Shown: positions 14,570 to 22,338 of the stretch, one piece after another
Position numbering within the stretch: the first letter of the stretch is position 1
How the letters are laid out: each line of letters starts with the position of its first letter
Virus genome (UHGV): UHGV-0114988
Reading direction: 5' to 3' (one strand)
DNA from: a virus
DNA: 22,338 nucleotides
Program-made: the position numbers and the translations under genes
Notes under the pieces: generated by a model
What the model saw: the letters and a program-made list of their open reading frames with translations, nothing else
Database searches by the model: none
What the model was told of the DNA's origin: nothing

Positions 14570-16633
14570 ATGTCCAATATACTATGGGGCGACCTGGAAA
14601 CTTTCTGTGAAATATCTATCAATAATGGCACCCATGCGTATGCCGAAGGCGTTGAAGTGATGCTGTTCGCATGGGCTATCAACGACGGGCCAGTAAACGT
14701 GTGGGATATCACTGCCGGTGGTGGTATTCCACACGGCTTATACGAAGCAATCGCAGCCCCTGAAACCCTGCTTTATTTTCATAACTCTCACTTCGACCGC
14801 ACCGTCCTGCGTTATGCAATGCCGCGCCTGGCACCGCCAGTCGAACGTTGGCGCGACACAATGGTGCAGGCGCTGGCGCACGGTCTCCCGGGGTCTCTGG
14901 GGGAACTCTGCGAAGTACTAGGCGTCCCGCAAGACAAAGCGAAGGACAAAGAAGGTAAAGCGCTGATCCAGCTGTTCTGTAAGCCACGCCCGAAAAACAG
15001 CAAACTGCGCCGGGCCACCAGCAAAACCCACCCGGAAGAATGGCGGCGCTTTGTTGCTTACGCCGGACTGGATATCGAGGCAATGCGCGAAGTCTGTAAA
15101 CGTCTGCCGAAGTGGAATTATCAGGGGACAGAACTGGCGCTCTGGCATCGTGATCAGCAGATCAATGACCGGGGCGTCTGCATGGACGTGGAACTCGCAC
15201 GCGCTGCGATCGACGCGGTAGACCAGGAACAAAAGCGCCTGGCAAAGCGTACACAGGAAATGACTGATGGCGAAGTGCAGGCAGCCACACAACGAGACGC
15301 GTTGATTAAGCACATTGTTGAATCCTACGGTGTGGAGCTACCAGACATGCAACGCAGTACTCTGGAACGTCGTATTGCCGACCCCGATTTACCATCTGCC
15401 GTGAAAGAACTGCTGGCTATCCGCCTGCAGGCCAGTACTACCAGCACCAGTAAATACAAGGCACTGATGAAAGGCGTAAGCCACGACGGGCGCTTACGCG
15501 GTACGCTACAGTTCTGCGGGGCGTCACGTACCGGTCGTTGGGCCGGACGGCTATTCCAGCCCCAGAACCTTCCCCGCCCTTCACTCAAACAGGAACAAAT
15601 AGACGAAGGCATCGAAGCACTGAAAGCCGGATGTGCAGACCTGCTGTTTGACAATATCATGGAACTAACCAGTTCAGCGTTACGTGGCTGCATTATCGCG
15701 CCAACAGGCAAAAAGCTGGTGGTAAGTGACTTGTCGAACATTGAAGGCCGTATGCTGGCATGGCTGGCGGGAGAAAAATGGAAACTGAATGCATTCAGAG
15801 AGTACGACGCCGGGACGGGTCCGGACTTATATAAACTGGCGTATGCAAAAGCTTTCGATATTGCACCAGATGATGTTGATAAACACATGCGTCAGATCGG
15901 TAAAGTCATGGAACTCGGTCTGGGTTATGGTGGTGGTGTGTCGGCCTTCATCACTTTTGCACTGGTTTACGGTCTCGATCTCGACGAGCTGGCGAACGCC
16001 GCACTACCAAACATTCCCCGCGATGTTATCCGCGAGGCGAAAAGCTGGTACGACGAATCGGTTAAACGCAAGTCAACCTACGGGCTTTCTGAACGGATAT
16101 TTATCGCCTGCGACTCACTTAAACGTCTCTGGCGCAGGGCGCACCCGGCGACCTGCGATTTCTGGTACGAACTGGAGCGCACCGTCCGCACTGCAATCGC
16201 CACACCGCAAAAAACATTGTATTGCGGCTATCTTAAAATCCGCCGCGATGGCGCGTGGCTGCGCATACAGCTACCATCCGGACGCGCTGTATGCTACCCG
16301 TCTCCGGTTATCGAACAAGGGAATATCACCTACATGGGTGTTAACTCTTATTCGCGTAAATGGCAACGACTCAAAACCTACGGCGGAAAGCTGGTGGAGA
16401 ACGTCACCCAGGCGGCCGCCCGCGACGTTCTGGCCAGAAACATGCCGCTTATCGAAGATGCCGGTTACAGCATTGTGCTGACGGTACACGACGAGGTGAT
16501 CACCGAATCACCTGACACAGAAGATTTCAACGATAAAGCGCTTTCCGCGCTTCTCTCCACTAACCCCGAATGGGCGCCCGATATCCCACTGAACGCTGGC
16601 GGTTTTGAGGCGTACCACTACCGTAAGGATTAA
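14570..16633 (+). CDS. Family A DNA polymerase (T7/PolI-like) with 3'-5' exonuclease domain, 687 aa
   Basis: Exo motifs GDLETF and [12 protein letters not shown]; polymerase motif [16 protein letters not shown], motif [17 protein letters not shown], motif C LTVHDEVI. Confidence 0.9.
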   Translation: MSNILWGDLETFCEISINNGTHAYAEGVEVMLFAWAINDGPVNVWDITAGGGIPHGLYEAIAAPETLLYFHNSHFDRTVLRYAMPRLAPPVERWRDTMVQALAHGLPGSLGELCEVLGVPQDKAKDKEGKALIQLFCKPRPKNSKLRRATSKTHPEEWRRFVAYAGLDIEAMREVCKRLPKWNYQGTELALWHRDQQINDRGVCMDVELARAAIDAVDQEQKRLAKRTQEMTDGEVQAATQRDALIKHIVESYGVELPDMQRSTLERRIADPDLPSAVKELLAIRLQASTTSTSKYKALMKGVSHDGRLRGTLQFCGASRTGRWAGRLFQPQNLPRPSLKQEQIDEGIEALKAGCADLLFDNIMELTSSALRGCIIAPTGKKLVVSDLSNIEGRMLAWLAGEKWKLNAFREYDAGTGPDLYKLAYAKAFDIAPDDVDKHMRQIGKVMELGLGYGGGVSAFITFALVYGLDLDELANAALPNIPRDVIREAKSWYDESVKRKSTYGLSERIFIACDSLKRLWRRAHPATCDFWYELERTVRTAIATPQKTLYCGYLKIRRDGAWLRIQLPSGRAVCYPSPVIEQGNITYMGVNSYSRKWQRLKTYGGKLVENVTQAAARDVLARNMPLIEDAGYSIVLTVHDEVITESPDTEDFNDKALSALLSTNPEWAPDIPLNAGGFEAYHYRKD

Positions 16634-16638
16634 CTCCT

Positions 16639-16854
16639 ATGTCATTTAAATACCGGGACAGTCCGCTTTATTACCGGGCTGCGAGGGAGGCTTTGCGACT
16701 TGAACAATCCGGCGAATATGACCGGGCAGCGAAGGTCTGGGCAAAAGCCAACCGCGAATCACATCACGAACTGAATCAGGAATGGAGTGAACGCAGATCT
16801 GATTTTTGCCTGATGCAGAATATGCGTGAAAAGCGTAAGGCGGTCGAAGAATGA
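16639..16854 (+). CDS. Hypothetical small protein (71 aa)
   Basis: ATG ORF tightly packed between the polymerase and the next gene (4-nt overlap). Confidence 0.4.
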   Translation: MSFKYRDSPLYYRAAREALRLEQSGEYDRAAKVWAKANRESHHELNQEWSERRSDFCLMQNMREKRKAVEE

Positions 16855-17150
16855 TCGTTTACGTTGCCGGGCCGATGAGCGGTTACGAGCAATTTAACCG
16901 CCCGGCCTTTCATTCCGCAGCAAAGAGGCTAACGGACAAGGGATATGTTGTGCTTAACCCCGCAACTTTACCCGATGGTTTGACACAGGCTCAGTACATG
17001 GACATCTGCCTCGCAATGCTTCGCTGTGCCGATACGATTTATATGCTCAAAGAGTGGGAGTACTCTGCCGGCGCACGTGCAGAAAACGCGTTGGCAGAGA
17101 AACTGGTATTGAATGTGCTTTTTGAAGAGTGGGATTCAGATGGCCTATGA
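16851..17150 (+). CDS. DUF4406-like (nucleoside 2-deoxyribosyltransferase-fold) phage protein, 99 aa
   Basis: N-terminal MIVYVAGPMSGYEQFNRPAF is typical of this family as recalled. Confidence 0.45.
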   Translation: MIVYVAGPMSGYEQFNRPAFHSAAKRLTDKGYVVLNPATLPDGLTQAQYMDICLAMLRCADTIYMLKEWEYSAGARAENALAEKLVLNVLFEEWDSDGL

Positions 17151-17409
17151 ACGTGAGAGCCTTATCGAAAAGCACCTCGTCGCTGAAGTGAAAAAGGCTG
17201 GCGGTGTGGCCTTTAAGTTCGTATCTCCCGGTCGCCGCTCGGTACCGGATCGCATTGTCCTGCTACCCGGCGGTCGCATCGTTTTCGTTGAATGTAAATC
17301 TCCCGGCAAGCCACCACGGCCTGACCAGTTGCGCGAACATAAACGTCTGCGAAAGCTGGGCTTTACCGTGGTGGTGCTGGATAGCAAGAACCTAGAGAGG
17401 ATATTGTGA
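17140..17409 (+). CDS. VRR-NUC-type small PD-(D/E)XK nuclease (about 89 aa from internal ATG of track ORF 17113..17409)
   Basis: Motif VPDRIVLLPGGRIVFVECK (D...E-x-K) within a roughly 90-aa protein. Confidence 0.55.
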   Translation: MAYERESLIEKHLVAEVKKAGGVAFKFVSPGRRSVPDRIVLLPGGRIVFVECKSPGKPPRPDQLREHKRLRKLGFTVVVLDSKNLERIL

Positions 17410-17546
17410 AAAAATCAGATGAACACTTACAGTTTAAATTACGGATCCCCCGCGCATTAGCGGAGGAGTTAAAGAAAACAGCAAAGAAAAATATGCGTTC
17501 AGTAAATGCAGAAATATTATTCAGACTAGCTAAAGACCTTAAGTAA
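17406..17546 (+). CDS. Arc-like ribbon-helix-helix repressor (46 aa, GTG start overlapping the upstream stop)
   Basis: FKLRIPRALAEELKKTAKKNMRSVNAEILFRL parallels the P22 Arc pattern (FNLRWPREVLDLVRKVAEENGRSVNSEIYQRV, recalled). Below the ORF-track cutoff and GTG-initiated, hence moderate confidence. Confidence 0.45.
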   Translation: MKKSDEHLQFKLRIPRALAEELKKTAKKNMRSVNAEILFRLAKDLK

Positions 17547-17564
17547 CAATTTCGTTACGGTACC

Positions 17565-17879
17565 TTATTTTTTCCCCAAACGATTTTCTACGAGTTCATG
17601 CAGCCTTTCTAAGAGTTCTGTGTTTTTTTCAATATTTTTGCCCCACTCATTAAGCAAAGATTCAGCTTCGCGTCCAAGCCCCATACCTTCAGCTTGGCGT
17701 AGATATAAAAACGCATGAGTATTCTGGCTTTCCAGCTTATTTATTGCAGGAAATGAAGACCTTAAGCGTTGAAGCACCTCTGCATTCAACGAACGACCGT
17801 TAGCACGGGCTGCATTCTCCAATAATTCTTTCAGTTCCGCAGGTAAACGGATCTTCATCTGCGCATCTTCACGACTCAT
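17565..17879 (-). CDS. Mnt/Arc-family ribbon-helix-helix repressor (104 aa)
   Basis: N-terminal KIRLPAELKELLENAARANGRSLNAEVLQRL is an Arc/Mnt-type RHH; length and C-terminal extension are Mnt-like. Divergent from the Rha-like antirepressor operon. Confidence 0.6.
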   Translation of the reverse strand: MSREDAQMKIRLPAELKELLENAARANGRSLNAEVLQRLRSSFPAINKLESQNTHAFLYLRQAEGMGLGREAESLLNEWGKNIEKNTELLERLHELVENRLGKK

Positions 17880-17911
17880 AGTAACTACCTCATAAACTCG
17901 ATTCTCAAAGT

Positions 17912-18169
17912 ATGCACCACGGTGGTGTTGACATCAATAAACCACGGTGGTTTACTGAAATGGACCACAGTGGTTTCATCGAGGTTAACGCTATGGCTAT
18001 TCAGATCACACAGTTACATCAGGCAGATATTTTCGGGTATATCGCAGACATGCTGGAAACAGCAAGACTTCTCAGTTCGCTGGAAAAAGGAGAGCAGTTA
18101 GCTTTTGAATTGATTTATTTTGCGCAGCAGGCCGCAAGGGAAGCTGCAAACAAGCCGTGGGATGAATAA
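17912..18169 (+). CDS. Hypothetical small protein; track ORF is 85 aa but the true start is probably internal (Met28 at 17993, 58 aa), because a promoter and operators overlap the 5' end
   Basis: ORF in the ant-like operon upstream of the Rha-like gene. GAGG RBS precedes the ATG at 17993. Confidence 0.35.
   Translation: MHHGGVDINKPRWFTEMDHSGFIEVNAMAIQITQLHQADIFGYIADMLETARLLSSLEKGEQLAFELIYFAQQAAREAANKPWDE
17915..17975. promoter_or_regulatory. Three palindromic operator-like sites (C)CCAC-n-GTGG(T) interleaved with a + strand promoter (TTGACA-17 nt-TTTACT)
   Basis: CACCACGGTGGTG at 17915-17927, ACCACGGTGGT at 17941-17951, ACCACAGTGGT at 17964-17974; TTGACA at 17928-17933 and TTTACT at 17951-17956. 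Confidence 0.45.
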
Positions 18170-18229
18170 ACAAAACGCGCTGATAGTTGCAGCTACCAGC
18201 GCATCCTTTACTGAATGGAGAACACTTCA

Positions 18230-19009
18230 ATGTCCGAAAGAACTTTAACACTAGCAGGCACTGGTAAGCAACCGATGATGAGCAGTCGCGAGATAGCAGA
18301 AGTGGTAAATAAAAACCATGCCGATGTTTGCCGTGATATTCGTGCAATGCTGGCAAAGCTTTACGGCGGTGATGAGCGCGATTATATCCGTAAAGCCGAT
18401 TTGCTTTACCTTACGAATCAGTGTGTTAATTGCCTGCAGTACAATACCGATAATCCAAACGCATGGGAGTACCAACTTGACTATGAACACTCCGAATGCC
18501 TTGTAACAGGTTACGATGCCGTTCGTCGTATGGCGATGATTAAGCACTGGCAAAAACTGAAAAAAGAAGTCGAGCACCCCCAGTTAGCTATCACTCACCC
18601 CGCACCTGTAATTCAGGTGGATAGTAGAATTGTCCAGCTTGCTCGCGTCATCGCGGAGGCAACCGCATCAGCAACCATGAAAGCGATGTCGGAGGTGATT
18701 GCCCTTCCGACATATCAAGCAGAATCGGCCGCACCAGCTAATTTATCTCATGTTAAAGGTGAATATGTCCCCGTCAGCAAAGCAGCATGGAAAACAGGTT
18801 TATCTGATTCAACATGCCGGAAATTGATCGGCTTCGCCAGGATACCGGTACGTTCAGACACCGGTGTTCGGGGATTGCTCGTTAACCTCCCAGCGATCGA
18901 ACAAGCAGCTCAAAAGCTGTTAAACGAATCGACACCGCCGAAAGGTAACCGCAAGCGCTGGACACATCCGCAGTTTGGCAACTTCACCTACTACACCGAT
19001 CTAATCTGA
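18230..19009 (+). CDS. Rha-family phage regulatory/antirepressor-like protein (track ORF starts at 18215; ATG at 18230 has the better RBS)
   Basis: MSSREIAEVVNKNHADVCRDIRAM matches the conserved Rha N-terminal motif as recalled. Confidence 0.6.
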   Translation: MSERTLTLAGTGKQPMMSSREIAEVVNKNHADVCRDIRAMLAKLYGGDERDYIRKADLLYLTNQCVNCLQYNTDNPNAWEYQLDYEHSECLVTGYDAVRRMAMIKHWQKLKKEVEHPQLAITHPAPVIQVDSRIVQLARVIAEATASATMKAMSEVIALPTYQAESAAPANLSHVKGEYVPVSKAAWKTGLSDSTCRKLIGFARIPVRSDTGVRGLLVNLPAIEQAAQKLLNESTPPKGNRKRWTHPQFGNFTYYTDLI

Positions 19010-19053
19010 CATTATTGCGCGGGATTACCCCGCGCCCTACTGGCTAAAATACT

Positions 19054-20448
19054 ATGGGACAAATTTTCACGCCTCGCCCCTACCAAGATCTAATTATCAA
19101 CCACGAAATAGGTATTTCCCGCTGCAACATCTGGGCGGGCATGGGTATGGGCAAAAGTGTAGCCACTCTGACGGCGCTGGAAGATCTCTTCATGGCGGGT
19201 GCAGAAACACAACCTGCGCTGGTTCTCGCGCCGCTGCGCGTGGCTGCCAGCACATGGCCTGATGAAGCGCTGAAATGGGGGCATCTGCGTAATATTGAGG
19301 TGCAACCGATTGTTGGTAACGCCAAAGCGCGCTCTACGGCGCTGGCGAACAGCAACGCGAGCGTGTTCACCATCAACTACGATAACCTTGTCTGGCTGGT
19401 TGAAGAATTGGGAGAACGATGGCCGTTCGGTACTGTCATTCCAGATGAAAGCACCCGGCTAAAATCCTTCCGGCTGCGAGGTGGTGGTAAGCGCGCGGCG
19501 GCGCTGGGCAAAGTGGCGCACAAGTATGTCCGGCGCTGGATAAATCTCACCGGTACGCCAGCACCGAACGGCCTGGTAGATTTGTGGGGACAATCGTGGT
19601 TTGTGGACCAGGGGCAACGTCTCGGGCGCACTTACGGCGCGTTTACCTCACGCTGGTTTAATTCGATACAGTTTCCGGGACAGAGCTGGACTAAACTGGA
19701 GCCTTTTGCTCACTCACAGGGTGAAATACAGCGAGCATTAGCCGATGTGACCCTCTCGCTGGATGCGGCCGACTGGTTCGATATCAAAGCCCCCATCCAT
19801 AACGTAATCCGCGTGGATATGCCGCCGAAGGCCCGTCAGCAGTATCGTGAAATGGAAAAGGAAATGTTCCTCGAGCTGAATGGCGAAGGCATCGAAGCAC
19901 CTAACGCCGCGGCAAAGACACTGAAATGTCTTCAAATCGCCAGTGGCGCAGTATACACAGACGACACCGGAAGTTGGTCAGAACTGCATGACACCAAACT
20001 ACAGGCGCTGGACAGCATACTGACCGAAGCAGCTGGCGCACCTGTGCTGGTTGCTTATCACTGGAAACACGATCTTGAACGCTTGCTTAAAGCATTCCCT
20101 CGCGGTCGTCACCTCGACCAGGATCCACAGACACTGCGCGACTGGAATTCCGGAAAGATTCCTGTTCTCTTTGCACACCCAGCCAACGCGGGCCACGGCC
20201 TGAACATGCAGGACGGCGGAAATATACTGGTATTTTTCTCACACTGGTGGGACCTGGAGCAATATCAGCAAATTATTGAACGCATCGGGCCAACCCGGCA
20301 GATTCAGGCCGGACACAACCGCCCGGTGTTCATTCACCACATTATCGCCGCCGACACTATGGACGAAATGGTGATGGAGCGGCGCAACTCAAAACGAACA
20401 GTGCAGGACATCCTGCTCGATGCCATGAAAAAGAGAGGTATAGCATGA
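19054..20448 (+). CDS. SNF2/DEAD-like superfamily-2 helicase (464 aa)
   Basis: Walker A GMGMGKS, motif II VIPDESTRLK (DExx), C-terminal helicase domain; typical partner of the polymerase/primase module. Confidence 0.8.
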   Translation: MGQIFTPRPYQDLIINHEIGISRCNIWAGMGMGKSVATLTALEDLFMAGAETQPALVLAPLRVAASTWPDEALKWGHLRNIEVQPIVGNAKARSTALANSNASVFTINYDNLVWLVEELGERWPFGTVIPDESTRLKSFRLRGGGKRAAALGKVAHKYVRRWINLTGTPAPNGLVDLWGQSWFVDQGQRLGRTYGAFTSRWFNSIQFPGQSWTKLEPFAHSQGEIQRALADVTLSLDAADWFDIKAPIHNVIRVDMPPKARQQYREMEKEMFLELNGEGIEAPNAAAKTLKCLQIASGAVYTDDTGSWSELHDTKLQALDSILTEAAGAPVLVAYHWKHDLERLLKAFPRGRHLDQDPQTLRDWNSGKIPVLFAHPANAGHGLNMQDGGNILVFFSHWWDLEQYQQIIERIGPTRQIQAGHNRPVFIHHIIAADTMDEMVMERRNSKRTVQDILLDAMKKRGIA

Positions 20449-20645
20449 GCGAGAAACCCGACGATTTACTCACCCCGGATGAAGTATGCCAAAAGTTAGG
20501 TATTACACAGAAAACGCTATGTGAGTGGAATATTAAGCATCGTCATCGGGCTATCCTGGCTCCAATTCGTTTCAGTGCAAAAGTAGTTCGTTATGAGCGC
20601 CGAAATGTCGACGCTTTTATTCAAAAGTGTCGCAGCCAGTATTAA
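20445..20645 (+). CDS. AlpA/Xis-like small HTH protein (candidate excisionase or directionality factor), 66 aa
   Basis: LTPDEVCQKLGITQKTLCEW HTH-like segment; adjacent to and convergent with the integrase gene, with a 4-nt overlap. Confidence 0.5.
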   Translation: MSEKPDDLLTPDEVCQKLGITQKTLCEWNIKHRHRAILAPIRFSAKVVRYERRNVDAFIQKCRSQY

Positions 20646-22039
20646 CCTCGCCGCCGTAGCAATGCAACCTGCGCAAGTATGCTCCGCTCGTGAGCCTCGA
20701 AAGCTTCGCGCTTCAACGCAATATCTTCCTGCAAAATCTCATCAGAAAAGTCGTAATGTTCTGCCATCGGGTCATCTGACTTGCTGGAGTGGTGAAGGCA
20801 AAGGAGGCTGATTTCCCTTCGGTCTGATCGGGAATAGCCTCTTTCCTTCATCAAGGCAATAACATTGCTCTTAAAGAATTTACGGCACATCGTATTAAAT
20901 GTACCGTCTTTCCCTTTAACAGTCCCATCATGTTTTATTCCTTTTACAGCCCCATCCGGGCTGTATGTTTTCACTAGCTTATCCAGTGATCGTTTTGAAA
21001 ATGGCTGCATTGGATCACGCGGCTGCAAAAATACATAATCCCTGTTGCACTCAGGAACTGAATCACGCCATGCTTTCTGCTCGTCGATAATCCGCCGGAT
21101 CTCCGGCGTTATTGGCAGGCGGAAAGCCTTTTGTGTTTTCATAGCCCCTCGCATGCCGATAACCCCTTCAGGATAAACAATTTCGCCAGTCTCCTCCTGA
21201 ACGTAGTCCCAGCGCAGGTTATGGACATTAATCGGACGAACGCCGGTGATGATCATGAAGCGAACAGCATTCTTCTGGTGTACAGAGGTGCAGGCGGCAA
21301 CATTGAGCCAGAGCCGGGCGATTGACTCAATATCGGTAAAAAGCCGTGTGGGGGTGGGTTTCTGTACGCGGGAGGAAACATAATCATCTGGCAGACTGGC
21401 GGCAACATTGCGGCCATTGCAAAGAGTAGGTGCGCAGAACTTCCAGAACCGACGGAGCTCGGCAAACAACTCCAGGGCGTTATTGTTCGAGCGAGTGGCG
21501 ATCCACTCGTCCAGCACTTCCACCAGCCGATTGTATGTTACGTCGCTGAACACCTCGCGCTCGCCGAACGTGGCTTTAATCCGGTCGATACGCACCCCGT
21601 AGGTTGTGAAACTGTCCGGGCTCAGCTTCTGCCGGGCTACTTTAGCTTTGAGGTCATCCCGGTACATTTCCAGCGCTGCATGTACGGACTCCGCCCGCAG
21701 TCCACCGTCAGCCATACCTAGTGCTTTTTCGCGCGCCAGCTGGATAGCGAGCTCCGGCCACTCGCCGAGCTTTTTACCTTTGAGGCCCATCTTTTTTGGA
21801 AACTCGGCGTAAAATGTAACCTTACTGGCTTTGCTGAAATCGATACGGAGATAGTTCTCTTTTTCGTATTTGGAACGGCGAGCCACGCCGGAAGCAGCGA
21901 GGATGATTTTGGCGGCAGCAACACAGATTTTCATGTGTGCGCTGGTATAGGGGGGTTTACAGGCGTCCCATTTTTCAGATGCGGCTAAAACATCGTCATT
22001 ATTGGGGCTATCCGGATTATGTGTTACAGTGCGCGGCAT
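20642..22039 (-). CDS. int: Tyrosine-type site-specific integrase (about 465 aa from ATG at 22039; track ORF begins at an in-frame TTG at 22045)
   Basis: C-terminal catalytic-region motifs (GVRPINVHNLRW with Arg; LCLHHSS; AEHYDF with the putative Tyr). Terminal position next to a host gene. AAGGA RBS before the ATG. Confidence 0.75.
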   Translation of the reverse strand: MPRTVTHNPDSPNNDDVLAASEKWDACKPPYTSAHMKICVAAAKIILAASGVARRSKYEKENYLRIDFSKASKVTFYAEFPKKMGLKGKKLGEWPELAIQLAREKALGMADGGLRAESVHAALEMYRDDLKAKVARQKLSPDSFTTYGVRIDRIKATFGEREVFSDVTYNRLVEVLDEWIATRSNNNALELFAELRRFWKFCAPTLCNGRNVAASLPDDYVSSRVQKPTPTRLFTDIESIARLWLNVAACTSVHQKNAVRFMIITGVRPINVHNLRWDYVQEETGEIVYPEGVIGMRGAMKTQKAFRLPITPEIRRIIDEQKAWRDSVPECNRDYVFLQPRDPMQPFSKRSLDKLVKTYSPDGAVKGIKHDGTVKGKDGTFNTMCRKFFKSNVIALMKERGYSRSDRREISLLCLHHSSKSDDPMAEHYDFSDEILQEDIALKREAFEAHERSILAQVALLRRRG

Positions 22040-22244
22040 TCTCAATCCTTATCTGCGTAGGCGCAGAAAACAAGCTCACACATACAAGTCTTTTCTACGG
22101 GACAAAATGCAATGTGTTGCGGTTTTGTGTTGCTGGACTGAGTTTATCAAGGTTAAATACACTGGATCAACATACAGTAAGTGAATGACAGTAAAGCATA
22201 CAAACTCGATACAACTTACTGATTTTAAAATAATTTAATGGTAA

Positions 22245-22338
<94 letters not shown>

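Noticed and set aside
15325-15888. 187-aa ORF on the - strand (with neighbouring antisense ORFs at 14709..15313)
   Set aside because: Antisense within the family A polymerase gene, which has clear catalytic motifs in the + frame.

Overview
The window is the integrase-proximal ~22 kb of a lambdoid prophage, ending about 200 bp before a host yfhL-like ferredoxin gene (partial, 22254-22338). All calls are from reading the sequence and the supplied ORF track; no database searches were run, so family names are from memory and coordinates of non-ORF features are approximate (+/-2 nt). Layout, left to right: a late lysis cassette on the minus strand (Rz start, SAR-type endolysin, S21-like pinholin), two small unknown ORFs, a NanS-p-like sialate O-acetylesterase, a tRNA-Arg(UCU), and a Q-like antiterminator, with no stx genes at the stx position. 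Next comes an iteron/DnaA-box/AT-tract array that looks like a replication origin, a PrimPol-VirE-type primase-helicase, and a divergent cro-like/CI-like immunity switch. The rightward (+) arm carries a pL-like promoter with an rrn-type boxA, a replication/recombination module (PD-(D/E)XK nuclease, SSB-like protein, family A DNA polymerase, VRR-NUC, SNF2 helicase), a second immI-like regulatory module (Arc-like, Mnt-like, Rha-like antirepressor), and xis-like/int genes. The strongest candidates for undescribed function are two moron-like genes opposed to the early operon (a coiled-coil zinc-ribbon protein at 9026-9550 and an AT-rich membrane protein at 13944-14543), the boxA leader that has no N-like ORF, and the origin-like repeat array. 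None of these can be assigned a function from sequence alone.
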